DNA of 64,000 nucleotides from Nitrospirota bacterium (GTDB lineage Bacteria > Nitrospirota > Nitrospiria > Nitrospirales > Nitrospiraceae), in the NCBI GenBank assembly GCA_963703955.1, contig CAVPGK010000010.1, forward strand, positions 224,001 to 288,000. The letters are read 5' to 3'. This document shows positions 1 to 9,799 of the stretch, piece by piece. The notes below the pieces were generated by a model. The model had not been told where the DNA came from, ran no database searches, and worked only from the letters and a program-made list of their open reading frames with translations. The position numbers and the translations under genes were made by a program. Positions within the stretch are counted from its first letter, which is position 1. Each line of letters begins with the position of its first letter.

Positions 1-1
1 G

Positions 2-151
2 GTGCTGTTCATGTCGGGCTATGCGGGAGACACCGTGCTTCGGGACGAGGTTCTGAAAGGCGCCGCGTTTCTGCAAAAGCCCATTGCGCCGGATGTGTTG
101 TTGAGTCGAGTACGTGAGCTGTTGGATACACCGCTTGAGCGATCCCACTAG
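2..151 (+). CDS. 3' end of a receiver (REC) domain protein, e.g. hybrid sensor kinase or response regulator; partial
   Basis: Manual translation VLFMSGYAGDTVLRDEVLKGAAFLQKPIAPDVLLSRVRELLD...*; MSG and FLQKP are typical of a REC C-terminus. Confidence 0.8.
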   Translation: MLFMSGYAGDTVLRDEVLKGAAFLQKPIAPDVLLSRVRELLDTPLERSH

Positions 152-986
152 GTCCGGAATCCGCGTTCATCTTGTCGTCGTCGCGATCATTACAATCGCG
201 TGGTACGCGACAGGTGTACTGCAAGCAGACGCCCAACTCGATCGTTTACGAAAACTCAAAAAGGATGGGGACTCGTCAAAAGTCGATGACGCGCCCATGG
301 CGGTGATCCCGTCCGGGCAGTTTTGGATGGGACGCGACGGAACCGAAGCGCTCGAAGACGAGCGCCCGCGCCATCAAGCCTGGCTCGATGCATATTTCAT
401 GGATGTGTATGAAGTGACGACCGCCCGGTACGCGAAATTCCTATCCGCAACCGGTCGCCAGCCGCCCTTGTTCTGGGAGCAAGTGGATCTGAGTATCCAC
501 GGTGATCGGCCCGTAGTCGGCGTCGACTGGCTGGATGCCGATGCCTATTGCCGTTGGGAGGGAAAACGATTGCCGACGGAAGCGGAATGGGAGAAGGCCG
601 CCCGCGGAACCGATGACCGCCGCTATCCGTGGGGCAATCAACCCCCGACGGCGGACTTCGCCAACTATGCCCTCGGCGCACGCTTCAGTTATGACCAAGT
701 TCTGATGCCCGTCGGCCGGTACGAGAAGGGCAAGAGTCCATTTGGTCTCTACAACCTGGCCGGAAATGTCTGGGAATGGGTCCAGGACTGGTACGAAGGC
801 GATTACTACGAGCGAAGTCCTGAGCGCAGCCCGCAAGGGCCGGAGCAGGGCCAATTCAAAGTGCTTCGCGGCGGGTCGTGGTCCGAACTGCCGAAATATT
901 TGCTGACCTACGGGCGATTCAAACTCCCGCCGAACACGCGCAACAGCTACACCGGCTTCCGCTGTGCCAAGTCGGTCCCTCACTAA
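114..986 (+). CDS. Formylglycine-generating enzyme (FGE-sulfatase/SUMF1) family protein, probably exported; start uncertain
   Basis: Motifs F.MG, RLPTEAEWEKAARG, YPWGN, GNVWEW, RGGSW, GFRC; hydrophobic N-terminus. Confidence 0.9.
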   Translation: MSCWIHRLSDPTRSGIRVHLVVVAIITIAWYATGVLQADAQLDRLRKLKKDGDSSKVDDAPMAVIPSGQFWMGRDGTEALEDERPRHQAWLDAYFMDVYEVTTARYAKFLSATGRQPPLFWEQVDLSIHGDRPVVGVDWLDADAYCRWEGKRLPTEAEWEKAARGTDDRRYPWGNQPPTADFANYALGARFSYDQVLMPVGRYEKGKSPFGLYNLAGNVWEWVQDWYEGDYYERSPERSPQGPEQGQFKVLRGGSWSELPKYLLTYGRFKLPPNTRNSYTGFRCAKSVPH

Positions 987-1231
987 GCATCCACGCGTCC
1001 GTCTTGTGAGATGGATCAGTATCGAGATAGATACGCCCGTATCCTTTCGGATGCGGAGCAACCGCCGGCTGGATCTCTGTCCTTGACTGATTTGTTTGAA
1101 AAAGTTGAAGCCCGTCCGCGATCAGGAAAGGAACAGTCCTTGCTTTATGTTCTCCGTGAGAAGCAGAAGGCTCATATCATGAAGAAGCGCGGGCCCTCGC
1201 CGTTGGCACGGGTTCGGGCGAAGGAGAATCT

Positions 1232-2215
1232 ATGCCGTTGAAGCGCTATGGCATTCTGAAGGGACGTCCCATTCGTCGAATCATCGGTCAGGGGAGCAGT
1301 CCTCACTATCAGATTCACATGATCGATGAGACGACGGACTATCGTATCGCTGTGAATGTCAAATCCAGGGAAAGCCCGTCGGAATTGGAATACGTCGTTG
1401 ATGATGAATTCCATCATCCCATCACCGCAGGGTTGGCTGGGCTCCCGCTCGGCTTCACGTTGTTGCAGAGCCAGCCTGGGGGCCTGGCCCTCGACTTCAT
1501 CCGCGGCAACCTCTTCGATCGGACGCGTATGAAACCGCTTCCATATAATCGCCCCGGACCGGACAACGACTTGAACGATACGTTTGATCGGTACATGCTT
1601 CGAGCGATGGGAGAGGAGGAAGCGCTCATCTATGCATTCGGCGAGAGATGGGGGCCGGAAGCCAATCAGAAAGATAAGTATTTCGGTTTCAAGCCGGGAA
1701 ACGGTATCCACGATATCCATATGAACCAAGCGAACTCCGATGCCTTCCGGGACGATGATGGCGTGTGGCAAGATGGCGCGATGTTGATCCAGTTCCCCTC
1801 GCGCAACCAGTGGGTGGCGATCTTTCTCAAGTTCCAGTCACAATCGTGGCACAGCGACGACCGAACGGGTCATCGCATCGAAGGAGTCCAACCGGATCAC
1901 ACGGTCCGGATCATTGCCGCGCTGGTGAATCCGGCCGGTCCTTCTCCTGAGAAAGAAACGGTGACGCTGTTGAATACAACCCCACAGCGGATCAACCTGA
2001 ACGGGTGGGCGATTGCCGACAAGCTGAAGCACAAACATGTCCTAGGGGGCGCTCTTGACCCCGGCGCAACCGTCCAGATTGCGCTGCCGCCAGAGGTGCA
2101 ATTGGGAAACGACGGCGGCATCATCACATTGCTGGACGCGCAGGGGCTGAAAGTGCACGGCGTGTCGTACACGCGAGATCACGCTCAGCGCGAGGGCTGG
2201 ACCCTCGTGTTTTGA
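1232..2215 (+). CDS. YukJ/DUF2278 family protein with C-terminal lamin-tail-like (LTD) domain
   Basis: YG.LKG start, RIAVNVKS, LDFIRGN, GIHDIHMNQ, WQDG; C-terminal IIAALVNP..E.VTLLN...NLNGW...LGNDGG.ITL; RBS AAGGAG. Confidence 0.85.
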   Translation: MPLKRYGILKGRPIRRIIGQGSSPHYQIHMIDETTDYRIAVNVKSRESPSELEYVVDDEFHHPITAGLAGLPLGFTLLQSQPGGLALDFIRGNLFDRTRMKPLPYNRPGPDNDLNDTFDRYMLRAMGEEEALIYAFGERWGPEANQKDKYFGFKPGNGIHDIHMNQANSDAFRDDDGVWQDGAMLIQFPSRNQWVAIFLKFQSQSWHSDDRTGHRIEGVQPDHTVRIIAALVNPAGPSPEKETVTLLNTTPQRINLNGWAIADKLKHKHVLGGALDPGATVQIALPPEVQLGNDGGIITLLDAQGLKVHGVSYTRDHAQREGWTLVF

Positions 2216-2224
2216 CGGAGGTCT

Positions 2225-3898
2225 GTGATGCGGAAGATGGCGCAAGTGGGAAACCTGTCCGTCAAAGCCTATGCCGGGACCACCGGGGTCTTGTTGGCGA
2301 TGAACATCGAGCCGGCCAAGCGCGAGGGACTACTCGGGTTCGCATTGGAACGACTGGCGAAGGCCACAGGCAAGAAAGAGTTCTTGACCGGCATGTTGCA
2401 CTTTCCCGGCATGCCGCATAAGCCGGGCGAGCCGATTCCGACCAACGAAGCGCCGATCCAGAAATTTCGGTGGTCGGATTATCGAGTGTATCCGGATTCA
2501 TCCTACGTCTATACCCTCTACCCGGTGTACGGGCAACCGGGAATGCTCGACATCAAAGCCGGTCCGACCATCGAGGTCAAGACGGCCAGCAGCCATCATG
2601 GCGAGCACTGCGTCCTGTTCAATCGGGCGGCCGCGGCCAGTCAGGCATTTTCCCGGAAGTTCCCCAAGGTTGAAGAGGCCCTAAACGCAGAGTTGAGAGA
2701 AGCAAAGGCCGAAAACCGGGAACCGCATTTTGAGCTACCGCTGTCGGCGCGCAAATGGCTCAGCCGAGGACTGCTCGAACAGATCACCGGGTTCATCGAA
2801 CGGGCGAAGAATAAGGGGTGGGCGCTCGACATTGCGATCTACGAGTATGAACTGCCGGAGATCACCGAGGCGGTCAAAGCGGCCCATGCGCGGGGTGTTA
2901 AGGTACGCGTCGTCTATCACGCCAAAGAGGGAGATGAGCAGACCGCAGTCAACGAGAAGCATTTAGCCGGATTACCGAAGACAGCGAAGCGAGCGCGGCT
3001 GACCGATAAGATCTGCCATCACAAGTTCATCGTATTGAGCAAGGTAGCGGATGGGAAGAGTACGCCCCAAGCGGTGCTGTGCGGGTCCGCCAATTTTACC
3101 GAAAATGGTGTCTACCGGCAGGGAAACGTGGTGCATGTGGTGGAGCGCGCCGATGTTGCGCAGCAGTACCTCGATCTTTTCGAAGTCCTCTTTCGCGGCG
3201 ATACCAAGACGGCGACCCGGAAGTACATCACGGACCATAACAAGTTCGGTGATCCGCAGCCGTTGTTTGCCGGATTCTCACCACGGAGCGGGCGGGGCGA
3301 TCTCAGGGCCTTCATTGACGACGTCGGGAAGGCCTCCCGGGACGTGCTCTTCTGCACCACCTTCGACCTGTACGACGATCTGGAGACTGCCCTGTTAGGT
3401 CAGCCGCATGACCCCATTCTCAGGTACGGCCTCGAAAACAGTCGCAGTAAAATTACCGGCTTTCACGCCGATCGCACCGCGGCATTTTCGGCGACGGCGA
3501 TGTTGTCGAAGGGCTTGGAAGGCTTTTTAAAGGAATCGACCCAGGGCCAACGAGGAAACATTCTCATCCACACCAAGCTCATCGTCGTGGATTTCACCTC
3601 AGACAATCCGACCATTATCAGCGGCTCGCACAATTTCTCGGCGTCGGCTTCAGAAGGAAATGACGAAAATTATCTGGTGCTGCGCGGTGATACGGATGTG
3701 GCCGATTCGTACGGGTGTGAGCTGATGCGGCTGTACGATCACTATCGGTTCCGTTACGTGTCAAAGATAAAAACCGAGGCCGAAGAAAAACCGGAGTCCC
3801 CGAAGCTCGCGCCGGACGATACCTGGACCATTCCCTACTTTACACCGGGGTCTCTCAAGATGACTGACCGTTTGAGATTCGCCGGGGAAGGTCTGTAG
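2225..3898 (+). CDS. Phospholipase D-like (HKD) domain protein, nuclease or phospholipase
   Basis: Two HKD-type motifs: HHKFIVLS...GSANFT (Asp replaced) and HTKLIVVD...GSHNFS, followed by NDEN. Confidence 0.85.
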   Translation: MMRKMAQVGNLSVKAYAGTTGVLLAMNIEPAKREGLLGFALERLAKATGKKEFLTGMLHFPGMPHKPGEPIPTNEAPIQKFRWSDYRVYPDSSYVYTLYPVYGQPGMLDIKAGPTIEVKTASSHHGEHCVLFNRAAAASQAFSRKFPKVEEALNAELREAKAENREPHFELPLSARKWLSRGLLEQITGFIERAKNKGWALDIAIYEYELPEITEAVKAAHARGVKVRVVYHAKEGDEQTAVNEKHLAGLPKTAKRARLTDKICHHKFIVLSKVADGKSTPQAVLCGSANFTENGVYRQGNVVHVVERADVAQQYLDLFEVLFRGDTKTATRKYITDHNKFGDPQPLFAGFSPRSGRGDLRAFIDDVGKASRDVLFCTTFDLYDDLETALLGQPHDPILRYGLENSRSKITGFHADRTAAFSATAMLSKGLEGFLKESTQGQRGNILIHTKLIVVDFTSDNPTIISGSHNFSASASEGNDENYLVLRGDTDVADSYGCELMRLYDHYRFRYVSKIKTEAEEKPESPKLAPDDTWTIPYFTPGSLKMTDRLRFAGEGL

Positions 3899-4012
3899 AA
3901 GTTCACTGATGCGCAGAGGGGTTCTACCCCGTTTCCACGGACAGGTGAGTTAAGAGTTGCCCCCCCTGCTACTGCAAATGGACTTGTACTCATGTGTGGG
4001 TGAGGCTTCCTA

Positions 4013-4475
4013 TCAGGGTCGCAACAGCACCGCCGCGATCACCAGCACGGTCAGGGTCGCCAGGACGACGAGATAGATCGTGACGCTTCGGTCTCGCAGC
4101 CAGTCTGTCTTCCAATCTTCCGGATACAGCGCCTTGCCCTCGAGATACAGCCCTTCGTCATACAATCCCAGGACCCGCTCGATCTCGACCAAAGCCCGCT
4201 TGGCCATGCGGTGGCGGCTGCGCTGCTGAAGGATCAGATAGGCGAACACGGCGGAGAAGAGAGCCACGCCGGTAATAGCGAAGAGGGCGGTCGTAAAATT
4301 AGGGCTCGGTCGGGCGGGGACAGCCAGCATCGGTGACAAGAAGTAAGACGAGAAACGCGCTGGCGAAAGCGGTGAGGCGCATCATCTGCTCGCGCCGCCG
4401 GAACACCTCTTCCTTGTACCAGGGATAGAGGACCTTCAGCACTTCGAGTTGTTCTTCGCGCAGGATCTCCGGCAT
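4013..4475 (-). CDS. Small membrane protein, split by a 1-nt frameshift near 4330 (probable assembly error)
   Basis: Manual reading MPEILREEQLEVLKVLYPWYKEEVFRRREQMMRLTAFASAFLVLLLVT joins ORF 4013..4339 in another frame; three hydrophobic segments. Confidence 0.65.
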
Positions 4476-4494
4476 GGTCTTAACCTGTTTCTTC

Positions 4495-4621
4495 CAGGAT
4501 GCTCAAAACGGTCCGCCAACGAGGCCGCAGGCGAAGTCAAAGCCGGAGGCGTAGCCTCTGGGCTACGTTGAGGACTGTTGACGAGCCGAGAACAAAGTTG
4601 GGGGCCGTTTTCAGCATCCTG
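4495..4621. repeat. MITE-like palindromic intergenic repeat with CAGGATGCT-type terminal inverted repeats
   Basis: CAGGATGCTCAAAACGGTC vs reverse complement of GGCCGTTTTCAGCATCCTG (17/19); inner hairpin CGTAGCC-TCTG-GGCTACG. Confidence 0.8.
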
Positions 4622-5470
4622 TTAGGTGCCTCACCATCCAGTTCGCGAGCATCGTGATCATTGTCCGAAAATCGTCCGCCTTTGTAAACCCATGGTTCGC
4701 CCCTTTGAGGATCTGCAAGTCTTTCTCGGTGTGAACAGCATCGAGCAGGCGATGGCTCTGGTGGAGCGGCACGTATTCGTCCTATCTCCTTGCACGACCA
4801 GAACCGGCGCGGTGATGGCCTCCGCGGCCTTGTAACCGTTGTGAAGCAAGCAGTTTTCGTAGAACGCAAAGGACAGACGGACCGGTCGCGTGCCGCCGGT
4901 CACGTCCGGAATTTCATGGGTCCGTTTCCATCGATCGATTCCGGCCTCACCGAATTCTAGCCGCAGCATCTCCGGAAAATCAGGAACCGGGCATTTCAAC
5001 CCGACGGCGGCCAGGTCGGGTCGCTGGGCTGCCGTCAGGATGGCCACCAACCCGCCGAAACTGGACCCGATCAGTCCCAGCCGGCGATAGCCTTTGCTCC
5101 TCACCAGATCCAGGGCCGCCAGAGCCTGGCCCACCGCCGTGTCGACCGTGATCTGCTCGAACGGACCCTCGCTGTCGCCCTGGCCGAAAAAATCGAACCG
5201 GAACGTTGCGATGCCCTGATCGCTGAGCAGACGGGTCAGCGCCTTGTTGGTCGTACTGTTCTTGTTCGAAAGAAAACCATGGCAAAGCACGACCAGGCGA
5301 CCGGTCGGAAGGGGCGCGTCTCGGGAAATGAGCCGGTCTTGGCCGGCTTGGGGTTGGGCGGGTGAGACAGTCGCCTGGGGTGGGTGGGTGAAATGATCCT
5401 GCACAGGCGTTGTCAAGATCGCGGCGACGGTATGCCCTGCGGGGTCCTGAAATGTAAGCGACTGCTCCAT
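4611..5470 (-). CDS. Alpha/beta hydrolase; frameshift near 4781 (GG vs GGG); carries an in-frame repeat insertion
   Basis: LCHGF, RFDF.G.G.S.G, GSSFGG nucleophile elbow; after a one-base correction GDRDEYVP...GANHGF...*. Confidence 0.85.
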
Positions 5471-5537
5471 GCCACATTCTATCAAAGTGGATTGGAGCCT
5501 GGCGACCAGGGTATGATGGACCAATGGAGGCCGGTTC

Positions 5538-6413
5538 ATGGCAAATGTGAGGAAGCGACTGTCCACCAATGTGGACGGCAATTTCTATGTCGACTCGACC
5601 TGCATCAACTGCGACACCTGCCGGCAACTGGCGCCGGCGACCTTCGCAGAACAGGGAGATTATTCGTTCGTGGCGCATCAACCAACCGGCCGGGACGAAT
5701 TGTTTCGCGCCCATCAAGCCCTGTTGGCCTGCCCGGTGGGATCAATCGGAGCCCTGCAGGGTGACAAAGCCCTCTTGCACATCGCGACAGAGAGCTTTCC
5801 CCTTCAGGTTGAGGGAGCGGTGTACTACAACGGCTTCAACTCCGAGAAGTCGTTCGGCGCCAACAGCTATTTCATTCGACGGCCGGGCGGCAACTGGCTG
5901 ATCGACTCACCGCGGTACATGCAACGCTTGGTGACCACCTTCGAGCAATGGGGAGGCCTTCACTCCATCTTCTTGACCCATGAAGATGATGTGGCGGACG
6001 CCGATCGGTATGCGAAGCGCTTCGGGGCCAGACGGATCATCCATCGCGCCGATATGGCCGCCGCGCCTGATGCCGAATGGCTGATCGACGGAAACGAACC
6101 GGTCCGCGCTGCGGAAGATTGTCTGATCCTGCCGGTGCCCGGCCATACGCAGGGCAGCCAGGCGCTGCTCTTTGCGGATCGATATCTCTTTACCGGGGAT
6201 CACCTATGGTGGGATCGCGAGGACAGTCGCCTCGGCATGCCGAGCGTGCTGGTGTGGTCCGAGACGGAACTGTTCAGTTCGACGCGTGCGCTTCTCAACC
6301 ACACGTTTGAATGGGTCCTGCCGGGACACGGCGACCGGATCCATCTGCCCGCATCGGAGATGAATATGGAGCTGGGTCGCCTGCTCGCGCGCCGAACCGG
6401 GTGTGAGAAGTAG
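5538..6413 (+). CDS. MBL-fold metallo-hydrolase with N-terminal ferredoxin-like domain
   Basis: CINCDTC...CPV ferredoxin motif; THEDD, PGHT.G, FTGDH, PGHG. Confidence 0.9.
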   Translation: MANVRKRLSTNVDGNFYVDSTCINCDTCRQLAPATFAEQGDYSFVAHQPTGRDELFRAHQALLACPVGSIGALQGDKALLHIATESFPLQVEGAVYYNGFNSEKSFGANSYFIRRPGGNWLIDSPRYMQRLVTTFEQWGGLHSIFLTHEDDVADADRYAKRFGARRIIHRADMAAAPDAEWLIDGNEPVRAAEDCLILPVPGHTQGSQALLFADRYLFTGDHLWWDREDSRLGMPSVLVWSETELFSSTRALLNHTFEWVLPGHGDRIHLPASEMNMELGRLLARRTGCEK

Positions 6414-6447
6414 ACAGGCGTGTCCAACGGACCGTCCGCTCGGTGGA

Positions 6448-7719
6448 TCACTCGGACGGACGGCTGGTCAGTAACAATCCCACTTTCACCAGAAAAATCA
6501 CCAGCCCCAAAAAGAGTAAGCCTGCGCTCGCCCACGAGGCCGCCTGCACCGTCGTGGACGCTAAGCTGAATTGCCACACCAGTGCCGCCACGAGCGCAAG
6601 CCCGATCGTGCCGAGGCTCAACGCGCCGACCTGGAGCGCACGCCATTGCTCGGCAATCGTCGTGAGTTGCGCGAGATAAGGCCCGCGCTTCTTGTTGCTC
6701 GAGACCCTTCCCAGCGCCAAGCTGATCGGCAAAAGATGGGAGAGCGCGCCGAAGATCGTTTGGACGATGAATCCCACCAGCGCCAGATGCGTGTAGGCCA
6801 CGAGATGCAGCGTGCCGAACGGGACACGCGGGGGGTCCCACAGGGAGTTCACCGCGACGAAGATTCCCGTCGGCACGACGAGCATGAGAAAGAACGTGGC
6901 CATCAGGAGATGGTTAGATGCGGCGCTTAAAGGCCGTCCGGCGTCGATCCAGGTCCTCACGATGTTATAGGCGTAGAGCGAGACGCCGGTCAGCAGAACG
7001 ACTCCCGCGCCGATCTGTACCGAGACCCTGGACAAGAGAAAACCCGCTACCAAGGAAAGGACGCCCAGGGGCAGGAGAAAGAAGATCAGCCTCGCAAGCC
7101 GGGGGCTGTGCAGGCGAGCATTCAGCACCGTCGGAAAGAGATTGTGCATTGTGCCGATGATGGTCAGCGTGACGAATCCGAGTAGGTTGAGATGGATATG
7201 CGAGAGCCTCGCTTGTCCCAATATGGTTGGAGGCAAGATCCGCAGGGCCATAGCTTCGCCCATCCCCAGCCCACCGAGCAACGCGACCAGCGCCACGCCG
7301 TAGAACCAGAGATTCAAGGGAGGCGAGACGAGGCTGCTCTTCGCTTGTCGTATCGCGTCCACGAATAAGGAAAGAAAGGCGATGATCACCAACACCCCGG
7401 CGACCCCCACGACGGCATAGTGTCGTAAGGCAAATCCGATCAAGACGACGATCGTGCCGACATTGATCATGGCAAAGAGCACGGGATGAGACTCGGGGCG
7501 GTTTCGACCGGACAAGAGGAGAGGAGGAACAAACGCCAGCATGGCTCCCAGGATCATCTGCGCGACCCCGCCGATCAACGCCCCGTGGACATGGATGAGG
7601 CGAAGCATCGGAGGCATCGGGAGCCCGCGTATCATGCCCAGGAACAGGACCAATCCTAACAGCGAGGACAGGAGCAACCAGAACAGACCGGTCAGGAGAA
7701 AGAGCGGGGGTCGGAACAT
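6448..7719 (-). CDS. Polytopic membrane protein (~12 TM) with His-containing three-fold repeat, heme-copper oxidase subunit I/NnrS-like
   Basis: RBS AGGAGG before ATG 7719; repeats HVHGALIGG..QMILGA, HIHLNLLGF..LTIIGT, YTHLALVGF..QTIFGA. Confidence 0.7.
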   Translation of the reverse strand: MFRPPLFLLTGLFWLLLSSLLGLVLFLGMIRGLPMPPMLRLIHVHGALIGGVAQMILGAMLAFVPPLLLSGRNRPESHPVLFAMINVGTIVVLIGFALRHYAVVGVAGVLVIIAFLSLFVDAIRQAKSSLVSPPLNLWFYGVALVALLGGLGMGEAMALRILPPTILGQARLSHIHLNLLGFVTLTIIGTMHNLFPTVLNARLHSPRLARLIFFLLPLGVLSLVAGFLLSRVSVQIGAGVVLLTGVSLYAYNIVRTWIDAGRPLSAASNHLLMATFFLMLVVPTGIFVAVNSLWDPPRVPFGTLHLVAYTHLALVGFIVQTIFGALSHLLPISLALGRVSSNKKRGPYLAQLTTIAEQWRALQVGALSLGTIGLALVAALVWQFSLASTTVQAASWASAGLLFLGLVIFLVKVGLLLTSRPSE

Positions 7720-7732
7720 ACACCTCCTGTCA

Positions 7733-8518
7733 TTACGGTATGAAATAGAAGTGGTTGGTGGGACCCTTGCCGTGACCGATGGCGAGACCGTGGCGGATCG
7801 CTTCCGTGACATAGGTCTTGGCGGTTTGAATCGCGTCGGGGAGGGCTTTCCCTCTCGCCAGTTGGGCCGCAATGGCGGAGGCGTACGTGCAACCGGTGCC
7901 GTGGGTGTGCGGGGTGTTGATGAATTCGCCTTTGAAGACGTTGAAGAACCGGCCGTCGTAGAGCAAATCAGTCCCACGTTCGGCCAGCAAATGCCCGCCC
8001 TTGATCAGCACGTTCTTGCAGCCAAGCTTGTGAATAACCTTGGCGGCGTGACGCGCCTCGGCCAGCGTTTTGATACTCACGCCCGAGAGGGTTTCCGCCT
8101 CATGCACGTTCGGCGTTACCACCAGCGCGAGAGGGATCAATTCTTTTGTGACGGCTTCGACGGCATCCTTTTTCAAGAGCGCATGGCCGCTCTTGGCAAT
8201 CATCACGGGATCGACGACGAGGTTCTCGACCTTCTGAGGCCTCAACATCTTGACCACTGTGTGCACGATATCTGCCGATGACAGCATGCCGGTCTTGACC
8301 GCCGCGACATCGAAGTCATCAAAGATCGCATCGATCTGCGCTTCGATGATGGCGACCGGGAGCTCGAAGACCTCCGTCACCTCCTCGGTGTTCTGCGCGG
8401 TGATGGCGGTGATCGCCGACATGCCGTACACGCCATTGGCGGCAAAGGCCTTCAAATCCGCCTGAATGCCCGCGCCCCCGCCGGAATCGGAACCTGCAAT
8501 CGTGAGAACCTGCTTCAT
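7733..8518 (-). CDS. thiD: Hydroxymethylpyrimidine/phosphomethylpyrimidine kinase
   Basis: TIAGSDSGGGAGIQADLK, VVDPVM, TPN..EA, THGTGCT. Confidence 0.97.
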   Translation of the reverse strand: MKQVLTIAGSDSGGGAGIQADLKAFAANGVYGMSAITAITAQNTEEVTEVFELPVAIIEAQIDAIFDDFDVAAVKTGMLSSADIVHTVVKMLRPQKVENLVVDPVMIAKSGHALLKKDAVEAVTKELIPLALVVTPNVHEAETLSGVSIKTLAEARHAAKVIHKLGCKNVLIKGGHLLAERGTDLLYDGRFFNVFKGEFINTPHTHGTGCTYASAIAAQLARGKALPDAIQTAKTYVTEAIRHGLAIGHGKGPTNHFYFIP

Positions 8519-8665
8519 GCTCTGTCCTTGTTTTCAGCAATCATACAGCAGGTTCGTCTCTGTTTCATGACTCCCTTTTTGGGTAACTGGTCCGAGACTC
8601 TCGGAGCGTCATCAGAGCGCCATTGGGAAACCGCTCTTGCTGAGCGACTACTTGGGTTGAAACGA

Positions 8666-8687
8666 AAAAGCTCACCGAAAGCTTTTA
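8666..8687 (-). terminator. Probable intrinsic terminator of the FRG gene
   Basis: AAAAGCT-TTCGGTG-AGCTTTTT on the minus strand immediately after the stop codon. Confidence 0.5.
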
Positions 8688-8690
8688 TTC

Positions 8691-9497
8691 TTATCTATCC
8701 GTAAAATAAATTTCCCTAAGAGCCACGGTTTCCAACAAAGTATCTTCTGAGCCAAAAAGGGAAGATGAATTGAGATTATAAGTGTCAAGCAATTTGAGGA
8801 CATTCAGTCTCTCTTCGACGGGGATGCTAATCTTCCACAGGACGTCTTGTTCGGCATCGTTACGGGCAAACACGTCCTCGTGGCAAGCATAATTCCACGT
8901 TTTGTTTTCGTGGACCGTGCAGATGGTGTACTCGCTCTGCTGAAGAAAATGGCGTGGGTGGCCTCTCGTGTAAGGCCCTAGACTTATAATGTGTGGTTCG
9001 TCCGGCGAGCCCACCTTCCCTCCGCCCGTATATTCCCAATACACGAATATGGACACATTCTTACTATTCTCTACGACGTTTCGGAAAGCAAAGAACGCTG
9101 CGACATAAGGAGATCGAGTCCAGTCCAGCAGTGGAGAAGGGAAACCGTGGTGGCGTAGATAGACCATGTATTCGTAAGCCGGTAATCCTAGGAGCAGGAG
9201 AGAGTCCTGCTTCTTAATCTCCTCGTCGTGCTCCGGAGGGGTGGGAATGTTCCAATCTAATCCAGTGAAAGTCTCGATTTGTGGCTTTGCCGCCGAGATG
9301 ATCCTATAATACTGGCTGACGCTGAATTGTTTTTTCTTGTAGCGCTCAAGCGTAGTGGTCAAATGCCAGATATCGCTTGCTTGCCCGCGAAAGAGGAATG
9401 GCGAAACGCTCAGGGCTGTCTTAGCAGCTCGCATCTGCATGAGCCTCTCTAACTGCTCTTGGAACTCTTCCCAACTACCGACATTGACCTGTTGCAT
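8691..9497 (-). CDS. FRG domain protein
   Basis: FLFRGQ, HHGFPSPLLDWT.SP.VA.FFA, QQS motifs; more AT-rich than its neighbours. Confidence 0.9.
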   Translation of the reverse strand: MQQVNVGSWEEFQEQLERLMQMRAAKTALSVSPFLFRGQASDIWHLTTTLERYKKKQFSVSQYYRIISAAKPQIETFTGLDWNIPTPPEHDEEIKKQDSLLLLGLPAYEYMVYLRHHGFPSPLLDWTRSPYVAAFFAFRNVVENSKNVSIFVYWEYTGGGKVGSPDEPHIISLGPYTRGHPRHFLQQSEYTICTVHENKTWNYACHEDVFARNDAEQDVLWKISIPVEERLNVLKLLDTYNLNSSSLFGSEDTLLETVALREIYFTDR

Positions 9498-9581
9498 AAC
9501 GTAGCGCTCCTTGCTTAGCCATTCTAGCCTTTCCTTACCCTACAGTTCTCTCGGTGGCTCGGTGTTTACATAATCAATGAC

Positions 9582-9799
9582 GGGCGGGAGGGTCTGAGCC
9601 TGCATCGCGAATCACACGTAGGCTCGGGCCACCGCACGTGCCGAACAGATGCGGTCCGCTGTAGGTGGATGGCGAGGACTGTTTGAAGTTCCGTTCGAGC
9701 GGAGCTCCGAACGGAACGAGTTCCGCAGCCGAGCAGATGAGAGGCTAGTGCGGTCGAGCCGCAGTGTCTGAGCAGGGCAGGACTCCGACCGTCCCGCCC
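9582..9799. repeat. MITE-like palindromic repeat
   Basis: GGGCGGGAGGGTCTGAGCCTGC (9582-9603) vs GCAGGACTCCGACCGTCCCGCCC (9777-9799) form an imperfect IR; inner hairpin GTTCCGTTCG...CGAACGGAAC. Confidence 0.7.

Noticed and set aside
1011..1241. 76-aa ORF upstream of the YukJ-like gene
   Set aside because: No recognisable motif or RBS; more likely promoter region
8519..8690. TPP riboswitch upstream of thiD (also sought before tenA and the thiY-like gene)
   Set aside because: No CTGAGA...ACCTGA core on the coding strand; only 27 nt separate sthA from the thiY-like start
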